From IMG/VR virus record IMGVR_UViG_3300030116_007267, positions 1 to 53,440 of that record: a DNA stretch of 53,440 nucleotides; one strand, 5' to 3'. A program made the position numbers and the translations under genes. Positions 1 to 8,444 of this stretch are shown piece after piece (the stretch's first letter is position 1; each line of letters starts with the position of its first letter). Source of the stretch: a virus. Its lineage: Duplodnaviria; Caudoviricetes. The notes beneath the pieces were generated by a model. It searched no databases and was not told where the DNA came from. It saw only the letters and a list, made by a program, of their open reading frames with translations.

Positions 1-58
1 AAGGTCCGTCCTCAGACTGTGCTTCATAGTAATAAGGAGCGGTTTCGATACGATACAT
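1..58 (-). CDS. Partial hypothetical protein (MYRIETAPYYYEAQSEDGP...), runs off the left edge
   Basis: ATG at 58 preceded by the same AAAGGAAC leader as the gene at 87..326; frame open to the window edge. Confidence 0.65.
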   Translation of the reverse strand, partial: MYRIETAPYYYEAQSEDGP

Positions 59-351
59 GGTTAGTTCCTTTCGAGTTTCGGTTTACTTATTTAGTCATTT
101 GTGCGGCATCTCGACCAGCCTTGCGAGCCATGTCCAACAGTCGGCAAGCATCGTCTGGGGTAGCGTCCAAAAAAGCGTTTAAAACTGGGCCTTTCAAGAC
201 TGCTTTAACATGATCCGAAGCCTTTCCAGCATCGGTATCCGGCGTGCAATGCTTTGCAAATGCGGTCATTGCCGCATGTATGATCATGTCCCAAGCCTTG
301 TCGTTTGCAGTGAAATCGTTTGCCATTGTTGGTTCCTTTCGGGTTTAGGTT
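56..351 (-). repeat. Duplicated 28-nt translation-initiation leader, copies at 56..83 and 324..351
   Basis: Minus strand AACCGAAACTCGAAAGGAACTAACCATG vs AACCTAAACCCGAAAGGAACCAACAATG, 24/28 identical. Confidence 0.8.
87..326 (-). CDS. Hypothetical early protein, 79 aa
   Basis: ORF with strong SD (AAAGGA) downstream of a consensus promoter. Confidence 0.8.
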   Translation of the reverse strand: MANDFTANDKAWDMIIHAAMTAFAKHCTPDTDAGKASDHVKAVLKGPVLNAFLDATPDDACRLLDMARKAGRDAAQMTK

Positions 352-381
352 GTTGTTTGCTTCCCTCTCTCTTGTATGCTT

Positions 382-410
382 AGTATATACTTATTATCGA
401 CGCTCGTCAA
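382..410 (-). promoter_or_regulatory. Sigma70-like early promoter
   Basis: TTGACG (410..405), 17-nt spacer, TATACT (387..382); A-rich upstream element. Confidence 0.8.
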
Positions 411-442
411 GACTTCCGTTATCTTTTTTTCAAAAATTGCAT

Positions 443-480
443 AAAAAAAGCTCCTTGACGAAGGAGGAACGTCAAGGAGC
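443..480 (-). terminator. Intrinsic terminator
   Basis: Perfect 11-bp stem GCTCCTTGACG/CGTCAAGGAGC, 9-nt loop, followed by T7 on the minus strand. Confidence 0.85.
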
Positions 481-508
481 AACCAGGAGCAAGCAACAAC
501 CCTGGCGA

Positions 509-709
509 TTATTTTTTAAACGAAAATAAAGTTTGACAAAGTTGATTATCTAACTGCTCACGATACGACAACACAATGCCACGATCCGTTTCCGAAATCG
601 TACTTTGATGCCAATACCATTCTTGTTCATATTGCAGCGCCATTGCTAACGCTGCATCACGATCTGCACATTTAATTTCAGTTTCAAATGAAGACATGAC
701 AAGCTCCAT
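509..709 (-). CDS. Hypothetical protein, 66 aa
   Basis: ORF with AGGGG SD; AT-rich upstream region containing TATAAT (738..733). Confidence 0.65.
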   Translation of the reverse strand: MELVMSSFETEIKCADRDAALAMALQYEQEWYWHQSTISETDRGIVLSYREQLDNQLCQTLFSFKK

Positions 710-782
710 ATATAAAATCCCCTAGTCCTTCAATTATATACCTATATATTTAATATATTTATAAAAAAAATGAAGAACTCCC

Positions 783-1355
783 TTAATATTTATGAATGAC
801 TAATCGCAATCCCTTCACTGCATTACAAACAGTTTGGGCTCGATAAGCAAAACGCGATGGAGAATTAGATTTTTTTACAAGCAGGATTACCACAGGTTTT
901 TTGCCAGTAGCCTTTGCATAGTAAAGGCTTTGACCAATAGCTTCTGCCCACTTCTCTTCAAAATCTACCTCAGCTACCCAGTCATCACCGACAAGATCGG
1001 CACGAGTACCATCCCACAACACAACCTCTTGTTGGGCATCGTATTTTTCAGCCAACAAATCAACAAAAGTAGCTTCTGGGCTCCTCTTTTGAATATTTTT
1101 AACGGCTGGTAAGCCTGCTAATGGATGACTAGTAGGTACACCAGCAGACGATTCATCCCTTGCTTTTTGCACGTCTAACTGCGCTTGTGCTCGTTTAAAT
1201 TTCTGACGCTCATACTCGTCTCTTTGTTTAAAATAATCATGATATACATTAGAAAAGTAAACATCACGCTCAACTTGTGTCGTATCCATCAAGCTAATAC
1301 TACTTTGGCCCCACACTGGAGTTGCCAAAAATAATAAAATCAAAAAGATTCTCAT
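783..1355 (-). CDS. Signal-peptide-bearing protein with a C-terminal PD-(D/E)XK-like domain
   Basis: MRIFLILLFLATPVWG leader; RADL...AEVDF...EAIGQSLYY motif; start chosen at 1355 by SD GAAGGA (ORF extends to 1370). Confidence 0.6.
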   Translation of the reverse strand: MRIFLILLFLATPVWGQSSISLMDTTQVERDVYFSNVYHDYFKQRDEYERQKFKRAQAQLDVQKARDESSAGVPTSHPLAGLPAVKNIQKRSPEATFVDLLAEKYDAQQEVVLWDGTRADLVGDDWVAEVDFEEKWAEAIGQSLYYAKATGKKPVVILLVKKSNSPSRFAYRAQTVCNAVKGLRLVIHKY

Positions 1356-1359
1356 GACT

Positions 1360-2229
1360 TTATCCTTCAATCACTTGTCCACAAGCATCACAAATATCAT
1401 AGTCAGATAACGCAGTCACTGCTATCAATAGTTGCTGTTTTAATTGTTCAATCTGCAAAACATTAGAATCCCATGCAGTTGCTAATTTTTTCATTTCTGA
1501 AAGTTCAGCCTTCAACGCCTTCATTTGCTCAATGTCTATTTGAGGCTCTGTAGGCATCTTTATCGGCTTTATAGACTTCAACAACTCTATACAGTCTCCT
1601 AGCTCTGAAAGCTCTGCACTAGCCGTCTCCACGCCTTTCAGCAGATTTTCTATCTCAAGCAAGGACTGCTCTAATTTTGCAACTGGCTGATAGCTTTCAA
1701 CCGTTTGTTTACTGCTCTCCAATTCCTCATCAAAAACTTGGACTCGTACCCCTGCGTCCTTAACAAGCCCACGAAGTATTGACATGGTTACGTCAATAAT
1801 ACGCAGATCCACAATTTTGTTAAGTTTCTTAGCTACCTGACCTGCCGAATCACTAAGCCAAAATATAGGATCATGTTGGTTTTGAATTGTTAACTCTTTG
1901 TCAACATTCAATAACTCAATGATTTCTGGAGGATATGTGTTTGAAAATGCTTTCCACACATTCTTATCCACTTTAAGGTCATTTCTTTTTCCCTTGGTAC
2001 GTAAAAGCTTTGTGCCGTCTTCTAATTGAATACCGACACTTGCATTAGCTTCACCGTGTGTAACAAAGGATTTACCCCTCGCCTCATTAAACAAGAGCAT
2101 TCCTAAAGCGCGTACTATGGCACTCTTTCCGCTGTCAGTACGACCAATGATTGTTGTGACTTGGGGAGAAAGCGTTATTTCCAATCGCTTATGCTTCTGG
2201 AAATTTTTAATAAACAGCTTTTTAATCAT
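1360..2229 (-). CDS. SbcC/Rad50-like ATPase, N-terminal half only
   Basis: IKNFQKH, Walker A GRTDSGKS, Q-loop, coiled coil, terminal CDAC zinc hook. Confidence 0.8.
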   Translation of the reverse strand: MIKKLFIKNFQKHKRLEITLSPQVTTIIGRTDSGKSAIVRALGMLLFNEARGKSFVTHGEANASVGIQLEDGTKLLRTKGKRNDLKVDKNVWKAFSNTYPPEIIELLNVDKELTIQNQHDPIFWLSDSAGQVAKKLNKIVDLRIIDVTMSILRGLVKDAGVRVQVFDEELESSKQTVESYQPVAKLEQSLLEIENLLKGVETASAELSELGDCIELLKSIKPIKMPTEPQIDIEQMKALKAELSEMKKLATAWDSNVLQIEQLKQQLLIAVTALSDYDICDACGQVIEG

Positions 2230-2674
2230 AGAGACCTGAATATTTTCTTTTGCAGTACTCTGCAATTAAGATTGCATCCGCATTTGCATGAACAATCTCT
2301 TTACGGTACTCAGGAAATAATTCTTGGGCTCGTCTCTTAGTTACATTCTTGTCGCCCTTAGACATACAGCCCATCGGACGCTGCCACTTGGCAGGTGCAA
2401 TAAATTCAAATGAAACACCTGCTCCTATTAGAATGCCTTGGACTATGCCGTATGATTCTCCAAAAGAAAACGCACTAACCACTCCCATTTGTGGGCTAGA
2501 TGATACACGTTCAATTAAACCGCATTTAATGTGCGAAGCATAATTGTGTAACCAGTCATAGAATTCACTTGGAGTCCCTTGATCAAAACGAAACCACAAC
2601 GTTTCACCTGTTGCAGTTTGTAATGCACACGAACCACTTTTACCTGGATCAAGACCTAAGAACACATGCTTCAT
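2222..2674 (-). CDS. RuvC-like Holliday junction resolvase
   Basis: LGLDPGKSG, IERV, F.FG.SYG, P.KWQ, ADAILIA motifs. Confidence 0.85.
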   Translation of the reverse strand: MKHVFLGLDPGKSGSCALQTATGETLWFRFDQGTPSEFYDWLHNYASHIKCGLIERVSSSPQMGVVSAFSFGESYGIVQGILIGAGVSFEFIAPAKWQRPMGCMSKGDKNVTKRRAQELFPEYRKEIVHANADAILIAEYCKRKYSGLYD

Positions 2675-2919
2675 TAATTTCTCTTTGCGATAACAGTCAA
2701 CGTCATTAAGCCATGCTCAAAATCAGATTTTTTCATCTCATCTCGAACTGTGATGTAATCGACCTCATCAACATCACCAAGCTCTAGCTGATCAACTGTT
2801 GTAATTGAACTTTCTATTACATCAGCATTGCCACAAATATAGATGCCTTCCGTATTAGACCAATGCGCCCAAATGTTTTTACGAGCACCCGTACCTTCTC
2901 TGCTTATAAAGTATCGCAC
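2674..2919 (-). CDS. Hypothetical protein, 81 aa
   Basis: Translationally coupled ORF within the operon. Confidence 0.65.
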   Translation of the reverse strand: MRYFISREGTGARKNIWAHWSNTEGIYICGNADVIESSITTVDQLELGDVDEVDYITVRDEMKKSDFEHGLMTLTVIAKRN

Positions 2920-3071
2920 AACTCTTCCCTTTTAATATGCACATCAGGTTCAGCCTCAAAACCTAAGCGCACTGATTTCCCACGAACTTCCTTAACCACT
3001 ACCCTGATGGTTTCCCCATTAGAAGCAGTCAACACAATCCGTTGGTCGATTTTTCGTGTGAGAATTAGCAT
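2904..3071 (-). CDS. csrA: Carbon storage regulator CsrA/RsmA homolog
   Basis: MLILTRK...I.V.V..VRG..VRLGFEA..DV.I.REEL signature; SD AAAGGA before 3071. Confidence 0.9.
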   Translation of the reverse strand: MLILTRKIDQRIVLTASNGETIRVVVKEVRGKSVRLGFEAEPDVHIKREELCDTL

Positions 3072-3082
3072 AAAGAATCCTT

Positions 3083-4147
3083 TCATTCATACCTTGGGTT
3101 GCGATTTAACGATGCCTTTCTTTGGACTTTCGTCCACTCTTCACCTGTTAATTTTTGAAGCTTAGTCCTCCATCCTGGCTTAGACTCAATTTCAGTCATT
3201 AACTTGGCTTTATTAACTGTCAATCCAAAATCAGTTGCATCGATCTTTTGTCCAGACATTTTCCATTTGTGGACATTTACCAAGTAATCAATGCACGAAC
3301 ATGTATCATCAATGCCATAACTTGGATAGATCGGAATTTCTATTGCTGTCTTCTTACCCGTAAAACGAGTTCGACTAACTTTGACTTTGATCGTGTTGCC
3401 GATTGCATGTTTCGTAGCGTCTATCGTTTTATAAATCGGACCTTTAATCGACGACCACAAACGCACACTAGCGTAGAAATCTAGAGCATGACCTCCTGAT
3501 TTCGTTTTTGTTGGCCCAAACGGCATAGCGTTTAATTTGTCTCTCGTTTGATTAATTACAAGCAAAATAGAACCAGTCGCTCTAATCTTAGCCAAGGCTT
3601 GCCGAATGCCAGATGCATTTGCTTTAGCTTTACCATCACCATAGCTGCCCTTACCTTCCTTGCCGCCCTGAAAACGTTTCTTGTTTTCGCCAAACGTATC
3701 AGTCTCTTGCACACTACTGAGTGCATCCATGCTATCTAAAATGTAAATGCATGGCTTTTCATGAGCTAACGCATCATCCAGGTTGTAATAAAACTCTTCA
3801 ACTGTTTGACTTGTTATCGGTAAACCATCAGCATCCACTTTAGGCGGCTCTAAACGATCAGCCATTTTGCTGCCAAAAAATTTACGAAGATTCATAATAG
3901 CACCGCCTTCGACGTTATCTAAAATGAATCGATAATTATCAAAATGCGGATTCTGTGCAGCTTCTGCTAAACACGTCAACGAAAGAAACGTCTTACCACT
4001 ATCTGAATCACCCACTAAAAACAAATACATGCCCTTAGCCACGAAACCCCAAGGCGTATCTGTCACCGCAAGATTCAACATCGTTGATCCTGATGACAAA
4101 TAATCATCTACCGGAATGGGCGCTTCTTCACTTACCGGAGCTGTCAT
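3083..4147 (-). CDS. recA: RecA/UvsX-like recombinase
   Basis: SSGS..LN, Walker A GDSDSGKT, LDSMDAL, INQTR, SGGHALDFYASVR; start uncertain (ORF open to 4249). Confidence 0.9.
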   Translation of the reverse strand: MTAPVSEEAPIPVDDYLSSGSTMLNLAVTDTPWGFVAKGMYLFLVGDSDSGKTFLSLTCLAEAAQNPHFDNYRFILDNVEGGAIMNLRKFFGSKMADRLEPPKVDADGLPITSQTVEEFYYNLDDALAHEKPCIYILDSMDALSSVQETDTFGENKKRFQGGKEGKGSYGDGKAKANASGIRQALAKIRATGSILLVINQTRDKLNAMPFGPTKTKSGGHALDFYASVRLWSSIKGPIYKTIDATKHAIGNTIKVKVSRTRFTGKKTAIEIPIYPSYGIDDTCSCIDYLVNVHKWKMSGQKIDATDFGLTVNKAKLMTEIESKPGWRTKLQKLTGEEWTKVQRKASLNRNPRYE

Positions 4148-4766
4148 CTGCTCTTTGATAGAGTCGATGCTTGGCGACGAATCTGGCTGCGAAGTCTTGG
4201 GCATAGTTTCGGAGCTTGTCGATTTTGCCATCATTAATAAACACCTCATCCTCGTATTGAAACAATTCTAAATTTTTATCGATGCTGGTAGCTTTGCCGT
4301 TTGAGCTTGGCCGCTCCACCCGAATAATTGATCCGCCGTTTTCTCTAATCGCGTCTACTTCATTCATGTATCGAACATCAGTGACAATCACAATGTCGCA
4401 TTTAAAATGAGTAACGCTTTCAAATAATTTATCAATCCAAATATCGCGATACAAAATATCTCGCAACCCATCTCCTAAACTGCACCAAACTTCAATCGGA
4501 GTTTTTTTGATTGCTTTTAATTTCTTGTAACGTTCTTCTGGATTATGCTCGTAATAGTCTTTAGTTTCTAAACCGTATTGAGCACACAAAACATAAGCAA
4601 CTCGTTTTAATTCGTCGGCAAACCCAATACGCAAAGCATCTAAATCGTGTTTTGCAAACTCTTCAATTAGAGATTGGCCTAAAGTATCCTTGCCTACTCG
4701 GGAACTATGGCCGATGCCTATTATTAAAGGCTCGTGGTTGCCTGTTCCAGTTGGTTCAAATTCCAT
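4128..4766 (-). CDS. Deoxynucleoside monophosphate kinase
   Basis: IIGIG....GKDT, FADELK, DIW, VTDVRYMNE, IIRVER motifs. Confidence 0.85.
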   Translation of the reverse strand: MEFEPTGTGNHEPLIIGIGHSSRVGKDTLGQSLIEEFAKHDLDALRIGFADELKRVAYVLCAQYGLETKDYYEHNPEERYKKLKAIKKTPIEVWCSLGDGLRDILYRDIWIDKLFESVTHFKCDIVIVTDVRYMNEVDAIRENGGSIIRVERPSSNGKATSIDKNLELFQYEDEVFINDGKIDKLRNYAQDFAARFVAKHRLYQRADDSSGK

Positions 4767-4779
4767 TTTGATCTCCATG

Positions 4780-4830
4780 AAAAAGAGGGAGCCGTAAACA
4801 GGTGGAGAACAATCCTGCTACGACCCCCTC
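4780..4830 (-). terminator. Long hairpin plus U-tract after the SSB gene
   Basis: GAGGGGGTCGTAGCAGG...CCTGTTTACGGCTCCCTC then TTTTT on the minus strand. Confidence 0.7.
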
Positions 4831-4850
4831 ATCCCCAACTCCGTTATGTC

Positions 4851-5702
4851 CTACCACTCATCATCATCGTCGTCATCATCATCTTGCGGCACAGATACTT
4901 TAGCCTCAGATTTTGATTCAGTATCAAACGGCACTTCTTTCTCTTCCTCTTCCTCTTCTTTTACAGGCGCTGCTGCTGGCTCTGCCGTAGCACCATGCAA
5001 CATAGCTTTCAACTCGTCGTACGATTTCTCTACAAGCATCTCATCCAAACAAGGCATTTCATCAGCTTCAGATTCCAAAGGATCAGCAGCTTTCATTTCA
5101 ATCGTTTCTGCTGGGAACCATTTGCCTGATGCACCAATGGTTTTCTCAGCAAAGCTAACCACAACGATTCTACCGTCATCATGCATGGCGAAGAATTCTC
5201 GATCATCATCTTCATCACCCATAGCAATGACCGCATCTAACTGTTCGCCAAATCCTTTGTAGGACACATCCCACAACATCAATTGATTAGGATCTTCGCT
5301 CTTCAAATCCTTCAATAGATAGAGCTGACGTTCCTGCGCCCGTAGCGAATAAATCAAATCTCTCATCTCTTGGTCATCAGGATCAGCTTGCGTACGCAAT
5401 TCCCGCTGGTATTCACAGATCGGACATGGTTTACCAAACGACCGCAAACATACTACAGAACGATTAGATGGACCAATACCACCATGCTTGTAATAAGATC
5501 GCGTATGGTACTCATTACCCGCACCAGCATCTGGATTGTTCTCACCCGTTACATACGCTAGAAACCGAAAACGCTTTAAACCAGCTTTGTCGATTCGTAA
5601 CGGAACAACACCATCCGGCAAATTTAATGTTGGGATACTGCCCCTACTATGCCGATCTTTCGATACCTTCGCAGAAATACGTTTGCGTTTTTTCTTAGCC
5701 AT
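4851..5702 (-). CDS. T4 gp32-like single-stranded DNA-binding protein
   Basis: H...C....PCPICE zinc motif, very acidic C-terminus ending DDDEW, next to UvsY-like gene. Confidence 0.8.
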   Translation of the reverse strand: MAKKKRKRISAKVSKDRHSRGSIPTLNLPDGVVPLRIDKAGLKRFRFLAYVTGENNPDAGAGNEYHTRSYYKHGGIGPSNRSVVCLRSFGKPCPICEYQRELRTQADPDDQEMRDLIYSLRAQERQLYLLKDLKSEDPNQLMLWDVSYKGFGEQLDAVIAMGDEDDDREFFAMHDDGRIVVVSFAEKTIGASGKWFPAETIEMKAADPLESEADEMPCLDEMLVEKSYDELKAMLHGATAEPAAAPVKEEEEEEKEVPFDTESKSEAKVSVPQDDDDDDDDEW

Positions 5703-6159
5703 TTCGTTCCCTCACTGATCGTTGACGTGTTAGTTTGTTGCTTGACATTGTGTCTGTGCGAGTTTTTGGTTCTCTAGGACTGGAATAGTAATCTGCCATA
5801 TGCAGAGTCACTAAATTTTCCAAAGCTTTCTTCCTGTGCTCTATAGCCGTCATTGCAGCTTGCAACACTGCCAATTCATGCTTTGCATCAATAACAGCTT
5901 TGTTAGCATCTTGGTAGATAGCTTGTTTAGGTATCGAACTAGATATTGCAGCCTCACTGACTTTCTTAATGTTGTAGTCAGCCGGATTAAGCCGCATACC
6001 TTCAGCTAATGTTGCTTCCACTAGCTTCAATTCGTTCTTAGCTAAATCCAAACTGCGAGTAGCATCAGCTTGTAATTTTGCATACTTCGCAGCAAACTCT
6101 GGCTGTTTCAGCCATTCCTCATCTAAACTGTGAGGATCTAAATAGAATTCGTTCTCCAT
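5695..6159 (-). CDS. UvsY-like recombination mediator
   Basis: LDEEW..QP, helical 154 aa, EHRK.ALENL...YYS; synteny with gp32 and RecA. Confidence 0.6.
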   Translation of the reverse strand: MENEFYLDPHSLDEEWLKQPEFAAKYAKLQADATRSLDLAKNELKLVEATLAEGMRLNPADYNIKKVSEAAISSSIPKQAIYQDANKAVIDAKHELAVLQAAMTAIEHRKKALENLVTLHMADYYSSPREPKTRTDTMSSNKLTRQRSVRERNG

Positions 6160-6168
6160 AGTTTCCCC

Positions 6169-7101
6169 CTAAAAATCATTAGGTTCTTCTAAATAAATAC
6201 TTTCATAACAAGCAGCAAGTAATTTAGCCTTGCCACTGACATAAAAGGGATCAGAAAAACTATCAATCACCCTATATGCTTGCACATCTGGCTTTTTCAT
6301 CAAAACCGCTGCCATGTATCCGCAAATCATTTGACGAGTGTATTCAGGCTCGCCAGTAATTTGCCTTAGTACTGATATTATAGACGACCATTCTGCTCGC
6401 TTCAATAACAATTGACAAAGTTTCTTAACCTCGTCTGGAGCATTCCCTTGGGCAATTGCTTCTAACTGGAGATCTTCATTCTCAATGCCTTGCACCGTTT
6501 GCAAAAGCACCAACGCCTGACGAGCCGAACCCTCTGCGGCTTCAACAATAGACAAACCAACTTCCCTAGTTAGTTTGATATTTTCTAATTTGCACGCCTC
6601 TTTCAACACTTCTTTTACTTCAGCATCCGACAACGCTTTTAGCTGAATATGCATACACCTTGTGTGTATAGCCTTTTTCAACTTAGCCGGATTCGTAGTG
6701 CAAAGCATAAAATACACATGCGCTGGAGTATCTTCTAAGATCTTCAACAACGCTTCTTGTGCTGGAAAAGTAAGTTGATGCGCTTCATCTAAAAGATAAA
6801 TTCGACAATCACCATCTAATGGCATGGCATGGCAATTGTATTGCACCTCTCTGATTGTCTCGATGCCACGATCATTTGCCGCATTCATCTCAACAAAATC
6901 AACATCAGAACAACCTAATTCATTCTTTAAGATGCGCACAATCGTCGTCTTGCCACATCCAGATGGACCACTAAAAAGCAGACTACTAGGTAGCTTACCA
7001 GAACGTTTTAACGTCTCTATCGCTGCTTCCTGGCCCACAATCTGATCAAACGCCTCGGGCCTATGCCGTCTATAAATTTCTCTCGCATCCCCCTCATTCA
7101 T
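6169..7101 (-). CDS. dnaX: DnaX (gamma/tau)-like clamp loader ATPase
   Basis: YRRHRP..FDQIVGQ, GPSGCGKTT, LDEAHQL, ALLK.LE, TRC, GSARQA. Confidence 0.9.
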   Translation of the reverse strand: MNEGDAREIYRRHRPEAFDQIVGQEAAIETLKRSGKLPSSLLFSGPSGCGKTTIVRILKNELGCSDVDFVEMNAANDRGIETIREVQYNCHAMPLDGDCRIYLLDEAHQLTFPAQEALLKILEDTPAHVYFMLCTTNPAKLKKAIHTRCMHIQLKALSDAEVKEVLKEACKLENIKLTREVGLSIVEAAEGSARQALVLLQTVQGIENEDLQLEAIAQGNAPDEVKKLCQLLLKRAEWSSIISVLRQITGEPEYTRQMICGYMAAVLMKKPDVQAYRVIDSFSDPFYVSGKAKLLAACYESIYLEEPNDF

Positions 7102-8444
7102 ATCTCTATTTCCTCCTTCTCATACCAATTTTTACGACTACCTTCAGCTTCTATATCAAGAGGTACTATCAACCATTTATAGTGGTCTACGACATCCTTC
7201 GTCATAACTTCTTTAGCTTTTTTCAAAACTAAATCTAATTCATCTTCATGCACATCCCAAACAATACTATCGTGGATTTGACCAATAATGAGACTCTTCA
7301 TTCCCGCCTCATTTAACCACTGCTGTAGTTTCATCAACGACCACAACAAACAATGGAATGCTGCACCTTGTACTGGCGCATTGATGCACTCGTTTCTTTT
7401 GCGATCTCCCCGGTACGGAAATCCTGACAACATCATCAACTCACCAGTCTTTTGGTATTTTTCCCAAAGATCTTTTTTCCACTGATCGTAGACCGGAAAA
7501 CGAATGTTCCAAAAATCATTTTCGACTTGTCTAATATGCTGGGTAAAATCAGACAAATTTCTGATGCCCACCGACTTTAAATGCTCACGCATCGGAACGT
7601 CTTGCTGCGTCCGTATGTCATCTGTGCTAATAGTTTCCCACATTGCAGGAGCTATTTGTTGGTAATACGATCCATAAAACGCTGGAAAGACAAATCCACC
7701 CTTAGCCGATACACGCGCCGCTTTAGATAGTTGCTCTGGCTGCAACTTATAACACTCTATTGCCATGTCCGCATGTAAATCCTTGCCCTCACGAATGTAA
7801 GAAAGCATTGCTGGATCTTTGTGGTAGCACGCTGCTACACGTACCTCCACTGCGGAATAATCTATTTCTAAAAGCAAATGGTTTGGTCTTGGAATAAACA
7901 GAGATCGAATGTACTTGCTTGTTTGCTTATCCCTAACTGGCACATTCTGAAAGTTTGGATTCGATGAGGAAGAACGAAAAGTATCAATGTTGTGGAGGTT
8001 AAATACAGGATGTAAATAACCATCAACCACTTCACGCTCTAAAGCACTAATGTACGTATCTCTAATCTTCATTAACTTTTTTAATGCACGATACTTTGCA
8101 ATAAAAGGATGGTTAATGTTTTCGAGATCGGCAGAAGAAACACTAGGTCGCCCAGTAGCCGTAAAGTTTTGCGGCTTATAACCTAGCTTGTCAAACAGCA
8201 ACGTTTTTAATTGATCATTGCTGCGTAAATTAGCAGAAGCTTTATACTCTTTTTCCCAAATCGACCACCACTTAGATCGATACAAACGCTTTTCAAGCTT
8301 ACTAATCTCATCACCAAGTTCGATCTTTACCTCTTTTAATCTGTCGGTATCTATTCTAATACCGTTAGATTCAACTTGTGCTAAAGCCATGCTGGCATCA
8401 ACAAGTAGATCGACCGCCTGATTGGTTGGTTTGAGCATCGACAT
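7098..8444 (-). CDS. polA: Family A DNA polymerase, polymerase domain
   Basis: RSSSSNPNFQNVP, DYSAVEVRV (motif A), R..AK...F...YG (motif B), NAPVQG, IHDS (motif C). Confidence 0.92.
   Translation of the reverse strand: MSMLKPTNQAVDLLVDASMALAQVESNGIRIDTDRLKEVKIELGDEISKLEKRLYRSKWWSIWEKEYKASANLRSNDQLKTLLFDKLGYKPQNFTATGRPSVSSADLENINHPFIAKYRALKKLMKIRDTYISALEREVVDGYLHPVFNLHNIDTFRSSSSNPNFQNVPVRDKQTSKYIRSLFIPRPNHLLLEIDYSAVEVRVAACYHKDPAMLSYIREGKDLHADMAIECYKLQPEQLSKAARVSAKGGFVFPAFYGSYYQQIAPAMWETISTDDIRTQQDVPMREHLKSVGIRNLSDFTQHIRQVENDFWNIRFPVYDQWKKDLWEKYQKTGELMMLSGFPYRGDRKRNECINAPVQGAAFHCLLWSLMKLQQWLNEAGMKSLIIGQIHDSIVWDVHEDELDLVLKKAKEVMTKDVVDHYKWLIVPLDIEAEGSRKNWYEKEEIEI

Noticed and set aside
4846-5262. 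Plus-strand Ser-rich ORF
   Set aside because: Antisense shadow of the acidic tail of the gp32-like SSB, not a sixth serine-tract gene
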